A DNA stretch of 64,000 bases from Amoebidium appalachense (lineage: Eukaryota > Protista > Ichthyosporea). Both the position numbers and the translations under genes were made by a program. The stretch spans positions 6,748,708 to 6,812,707 of the forward strand of contig CAVNZM010000017.1 of NCBI GenBank assembly GCA_963693365.1, in the 5' to 3' direction. The notes under the pieces were generated by a model. That model had not been told where the DNA came from and did not search any database. It saw nothing but the letters and a program-made list of their open reading frames with translations. The first letter of the stretch is position 1. Each line of letters starts with the position of its first letter. Positions 26,711 to 64,000 of this stretch are shown here, in pieces.

Positions 26711-26970
26711 GATCGTTAATGGAAAGAACAGGAAAGCAAGGCGTGTATCATGCCGATTCGTTGGTAACACGGTTAATTAGTACGGACATGGCAGGGACGT
26801 TTTCTTTCCTCTCTTCCTTCCTTCCTTCCTTCCTTCCTTCTTTCTTTTTCTTTTTCTTTTTTTCTTTGTGTGTGTGTGTGTGGGGGGGGGGGGGGGAGGG
26901 GGGGGGGGGGGGGGAGGGGGGGTTGGTGGTGGTGGTGGTGGCGGTGGTGGTACGGTTGTGGTGGTGGTGT

Positions 26971-27049
<79 letters not shown>

Positions 27050-27948
27050 GGGGGGGGGGGGGGGGACTCTAATTGGCCATTATTTACCCAGTTTAAATCC
27101 CTCCGGCTCAGCCATAAAGCAAACAAGCTTGGTGTTGATTGGTGTACGGCTAAGGCTCACATGCCAGCTCGTATCTATCAAAAAATACAGACAAGCATTG
27201 GCCATGCCGTTTATGTTGGAAAAAACACAGCACGTCATGACTGAGCCAACTCTTTATGGCAATATTGTATAAGCACATGAGCAATGTGCTCTCTAGCCCA
27301 ACTGCCATTATGCCGAATTCTTTTTACTTCCTAACGCTTCTAGCTCTCACATTGCGTCCATAGCAAACATCATCCGTTCATACACAGAGCAGAACCCATG
27401 CCGTGTTTTGTAAACACACACACGAATAACAAGTGCAAAACACATGTGCCTAAGCTCATAATGTGCTCTCACGACAAAAAGCACTTTGTTTTTGAACCAT
27501 TCGCATCGCATCAATCGAAACCCACCAACCCTTATATTATAATTTGAAGCCAACCGTGTTCTCTATCCAGCAGAATCATCTATTTGTTGGCGACAAACAC
27601 ACACGAAAGGTCATATCAGTTCAAAATGTCTTATGAAAAGGGTTGACAAACATTCAAGTTAACCAGATAACGATTACTGTCAAACATAATCATCAAACCA
27701 ATCTGGTGTCAGATCTTGCTAACCATTGGGTCATTCGATACTGATTGAACTTCGTTTGTACTCTACTTCAAGGCCCATATTGCAAGATATGCACAATCAC
27801 CGACAGGACACTTAGCGGCCTTATTGTTACTAAATTTTGCCATTCGCAATCACACGCTCTACCGTGCTCCTAATATCGTAACACCATTTCTAAATATGGA
27901 AATACCACAACCTCGCCTACACAGCCCCCAAGACCACAGACCCCAAAC

Positions 27949-45383
<17,435 letters not shown>

Positions 45384-46482
45384 AGTGGCTGATAAAAGTG
45401 GAAACACGACGCAGAGGGTATTAGAAGAGCAAGCCTATGAGTTTATAAGTAGTATCAAGCGTGACGTGCCGTGGCAGTGTTTCAGATCTTGTGAAGGGCA
45501 ACCGCGGATGGCACAACGTGCTGCGGATCTAAAGCTGACCAAAACTGGGTTGTTATTCAGGAAACGGTCAAGTTTTGCAGCAGGTAGGAAATAAGCATAC
45601 CAATTGAATATATAATTGACCACACTAAACTTGTTGTGAGTAAGTTTATGTTTTCTCTATGAAGATCCCATGCTTCGAATCAACGAGTCCTGTCACAAAG
45701 TTTCATTTCAACAAGTCGGACTCCAGCTGCTGTTTCAGTCGGACTGATGCCGCACCAGGCTGCTGGTGCTGATCTAAACAAGATGAGCCTGATTAACCAT
45801 AAAAAGGTATTTATGGTGTGTTATTATTGGCGTATGATTCAAAAGGCGGTGCGCTTTTAGCCAATAACCACGCTAAAGTATGGGTACCCAACCTTCACCT
45901 TGAATACATGATATAGCACTTATACCTGTTGCACAGCACACCAAAACCCCCGGTACTATTTATAATCGGGAAGCTTCTGGATGACAGTTTTCAAGAATAT
46001 TTCAAACTCTACTTGAAAGTATTTGTGTCTATTGCAGCAACATTTTTTAGGACCGGTCCTGATGAAATACCAACTTTGTAACACGTTGAAGCTTGATGTT
46101 GAGTGGATCATCACCTAGGTGTATAAGGTCAGGCGACAATATCCAGGATCTTTTGCGCGCCAAAATTGATGTCGCGGCAGGCTGGCGTTGCAGCTGCACA
46201 CATGCACTTGAGAAAACAGCTTACACCGACACGCACATTTTTAGGCCTAAACATCCATCGGTATATGCCGTGTGTTGGCGAAGGAAAAGCACACGAACTG
46301 ATTTGTTACGGACACACATAATAGCTTGCTGAGCTACAGTTGGCAGAAGCCCTCGCCACTCCTGGCACGGGTATTTGTAGTGAGGCTCGCCCGTGAGACC
46401 CAGAACGTTTGGCTCTGTTCGTTCGTTCTGGCTGGGCTGGACGGCACACACCACCTCAGCGAGGAGGCTTGCGGCCAGGAAG
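45384..46482. promoter_or_regulatory. Putative shared promoter region between the divergent RhoGEF and Nup85 genes
   Basis: 1.1-kb AT-richer, repeat-free interval between two outward-facing ATGs, with ATTGG (about 45827) and CCAAT (about 45861). Confidence 0.5.
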
Positions 46483-61596
<15,114 letters not shown>

Positions 61597-62223
61597 ACAG
61601 GGCAACACCTGCATGAGTGCTATGTGTGGTGTGGGCTGCCGCTGGTCGGCTGTGTAAGTGTAGGCGGTAAAGAGAGTGTGAGAGGGTGCTGGTACGCCCA
61701 TATTCATCATATTCATCACAGTATCCCCTGTGGTGTGCCTCATGCAGTCAATAAGTTTAGCAACCAGCCATGCTTTGTGTGGACATGGGCAGCACCGCGT
61801 TTCGAAGTTAGTTTGTGAGGAACTCTGTCAGCACTGGTTACGTTGGTCAGATAGTTTTGCGGCAGCCAAATAGCCACGATGCGTGATGGGCCAATCGGAA
61901 TGTCCCATTTTGTTTACACTTGCATATATATCCAGGGAACTGCGTCGACTCAGTACAGGCCTAGGTGGACGTCTCAAGCTCCCAGTTCAGAGTGCCCAAT
62001 AGTTAGCTGTGAATATGTGCCCCGAGCTGTCAAGGTCTCAGCCGCCTTTGTATATGCCCTTACTAGTACTAATATTAACATAGGCTAGATCGTATCCAGT
62101 TTTAGTTCGTGTTTTTTTTTCTTTTCTTTTTTTTTCTTTCTTTACTTTCTCTACTTAGGCATCGGCCTTTACTTAGGCATCCACCTCTACTTAGGCCCCT
62201 TGAGGGGCAGCTAGAACCCACCC

Positions 62224-63372
62224 ATGGCGTCTCAGGATGCATCCTTGTCCCCGGACCCTCCTGGGACACCGCCTGGGAGCCGCAAACGTGATACACGGGA
62301 AGGAGAATCCCCAGATAAGAGGCTAACTAAACTGAGCCGAGCGGAACAGGTTCCCTTTCCCGAGGTTAAAGCGCCACCGGCCGTGCCGCCAGCAAGTAGT
62401 TTTATTACGAAAGAACAACTGCACTTGATACCCGAGAAGGCTAGGAAATCCGTGCTCAAACTTATGGCGCATCATGAGCAGCTCCGCACCCAAGTCTCCG
62501 ACTTAACAACCCAAGTAGCTGAGTATAAAGCCAAACAGGACCACACAGACCTCTTTGTTCAGCAAATGGAGACGCGCTTACGGCAGCTGGATCCTGACCG
62601 GGCAACCCCCACCGGCCCTGCCCACGCGGGCGCGGCCCCTGCAGCACAGGCAGCCCCTGATGGGTTACCCACCCCCCCGGGGTCTCCCAAGTTCATACCC
62701 ACAACGAATCCTAAGGTGTACCGCACTACGGTGGACGCCAAGACCGTGTACGTGTCCGAGAAAGTCAAAACGTATGCCGAGTCGGTGGCCCAGACCCACG
62801 GGGCTACCCAGGCTTTGGCAGCCCTTGCCGCAGCGTCAGCACTGCACCCAACCCGCCGCCCTCGGGTGGCGTCTGACCCTGCCCCTCAGGGTACCGACGA
62901 GTCCGAGTTGACCACTGCAGCCTTCACCATGGTGCCGGCCAACATCAGCACCATGCGTGACCGTCTTTACACCCTCGGTGTCCTCAACCAAATGATTTCC
63001 AACATGCTCTTCATTGGCCGTCGCTACACAGTGTTCATTGTGCGTGCCGGCTACCGTGATACCCTCATAAACATCATCATCCAACGTGCTACCGACGCCA
63101 CCTTTCTCGCAGACTTCGATCCTACGGCTCCCTACAACACCACACTTAACCGTGCTGATGCAGAGGCCGCTGCCCGGGCCTCTTGGCAACGCCGGGTGCT
63201 TGCAAGAATGGCCAACGCCCACGCATGGGCTGTCAAGGCAGCCACACTTTACCCGGCACACGACAGCCGGGCCAAAACAGCAGCTGAGGTGCGTGCCTAC
63301 TGGGAGGCTCAGCACGTGCAGGTCTTCAGCAAGCCCTACGACCCCACCGCCGCACCAGCCAACTCCCAGTAA
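62224..63372 (+). CDS. LINE ORF1 (gag-like) protein, 382 aa
   Basis: Uninterrupted ORF directly upstream of an APE ORF. Contains a coiled-coil-like segment (HEQLRTQVSDLTTQVAEYK...METRLRQL), a TYAESV motif and a C-terminal domain MRDRLYTLGV...ISNMLFIGRR...VRAGY...LADFDP. No CCHC knuckle. Confidence 0.8.
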   Translation: MASQDASLSPDPPGTPPGSRKRDTREGESPDKRLTKLSRAEQVPFPEVKAPPAVPPASSFITKEQLHLIPEKARKSVLKLMAHHEQLRTQVSDLTTQVAEYKAKQDHTDLFVQQMETRLRQLDPDRATPTGPAHAGAAPAAQAAPDGLPTPPGSPKFIPTTNPKVYRTTVDAKTVYVSEKVKTYAESVAQTHGATQALAALAAASALHPTRRPRVASDPAPQGTDESELTTAAFTMVPANISTMRDRLYTLGVLNQMISNMLFIGRRYTVFIVRAGYRDTLINIIIQRATDATFLADFDPTAPYNTTLNRADAEAAARASWQRRVLARMANAHAWAVKAATLYPAHDSRAKTAAEVRAYWEAQHVQVFSKPYDPTAAPANSQ

Positions 63373-63374
63373 GC

Positions 63375-63880
63375 ATGCTCTCCTTTCTTTTCTGGAATGC
63401 TCGTAGTCTAAATAAGAGTAAAGCACAGTTTCTTCTTTCGTTACCCCAACAGGAGTTCCCGTTTATTGTTGTCGCAGAAACGTGGTGGCGAGACCACGCC
63501 ACACTTCGTCGGTCTGGACGGCTCGTGGGCGAGTCTACTCAGCCTGTGGGCCACAAGCCTCACTCCGGCATAGTGTTCATCGCCGCCTACCACTTTGTTA
63601 ACCACTGTTCAGTTATAGCACGTACAATACACACACACACCATCTCAGTTTATGGCCATATATGCACTTTTGTAATATTTTCCACCTAGCCTTCCACTGC
63701 TAGCACTTAAACACGAACTTAACACCATCGCCCCACATAACCCCACACTAGTGTTAGGAGACTTTAATAGCCCGCTAATTACCACCCCACACCCCCTACA
63801 CGGCCACCCACAGGCCCTATTTAACCCCAACAACCCACGCACGCCAACCTTCATCAGCAAACATCACCCCGAGCTTTTTT
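63375..63880 (+). pseudogene. LINE ORF2 N-terminal APE endonuclease, frameshifted and interrupted
   Basis: FWNARSL, VAETWW, SGIVF. Removing one A at 63674/63675 restores VYFPP in frame with VLGDFNS and TPTF. The terminal ID/SDH motifs and RT are absent; the frame stops at 63963. Confidence 0.8.
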
Positions 63881-64000
63881 GGGTAACATTGTCATCTTTT
63901 TATAACATTTTGGGTACCAATGTCGTACGAGGGTATACAATGTTACCAGTGTACAAACCCTAAATACAGATTGCTAACATCGTGTTACAATTGTGTGTAA

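Larger units (their letters stand above)
62100..63880 (+). mobile_element. Non-LTR (LINE-type) retrotransposon, 5' portion, probably defective
   Basis: T-rich leader with three TACTTAGGC repeats, ORF1, a 2-nt spacer, then ORF2 beginning with APE endonuclease motifs. No introns and no long microsatellite arrays. Boundaries are approximate. Confidence 0.85.

Noticed and set aside
27160-27244. GIY-YIG-like spacing in RIYQKIQTSIGHAVYVGK
   Set aside because: Stop follows within a few codons, with no downstream R/H/E catalytic motifs or RT; probably chance.
62836-63426. 196-aa minus-strand ORF
   Set aside because: Antisense shadow of the GC-rich LINE ORF1.

Overview
Intron-rich eukaryotic genomic DNA. 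The gene content (an RH-RhoGEF, a single-lipoyl PDH E2) and the GT-AG introns suggest a unicellular opisthokont, probably a holozoan such as an ichthyosporean; this is inference. Introns and intergenic DNA are saturated with G/C homopolymers and (CA/TG)n, (GA/TC)n microsatellites, so almost all ORFs in the supplied track are spurious. Reading exons by hand gives five host genes: (1) the 5' part of a CHD1L/ALC1-like SNF2 ATPase (minus, runs off the left edge); (2) an intronless HSF-type DNA-binding-domain gene (minus); (3) pyruvate dehydrogenase E2/DLAT (minus, 11 coding exons); (4) an RGS-like(RH)-C1-DH-PH Rho GEF (minus, 24 coding exons); (5) nucleoporin Nup85 (plus), head-to-head with the GEF. 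The right end holds the 5' part of a non-LTR retrotransposon with an intact ORF1 and a frameshifted, interrupted APE endonuclease. The most unusual signals concern splicing. Many acceptors are preceded by (CA)n or (C)n instead of a U-rich tract. A short G/C-tract-flanked intronic repeat family sits in one orientation relative to transcription, and some copies carry a CTAAC branch-site motif. All five genes have a CAG 1-5 nt before the ATG. All homology calls come from motif recognition, not database searches.
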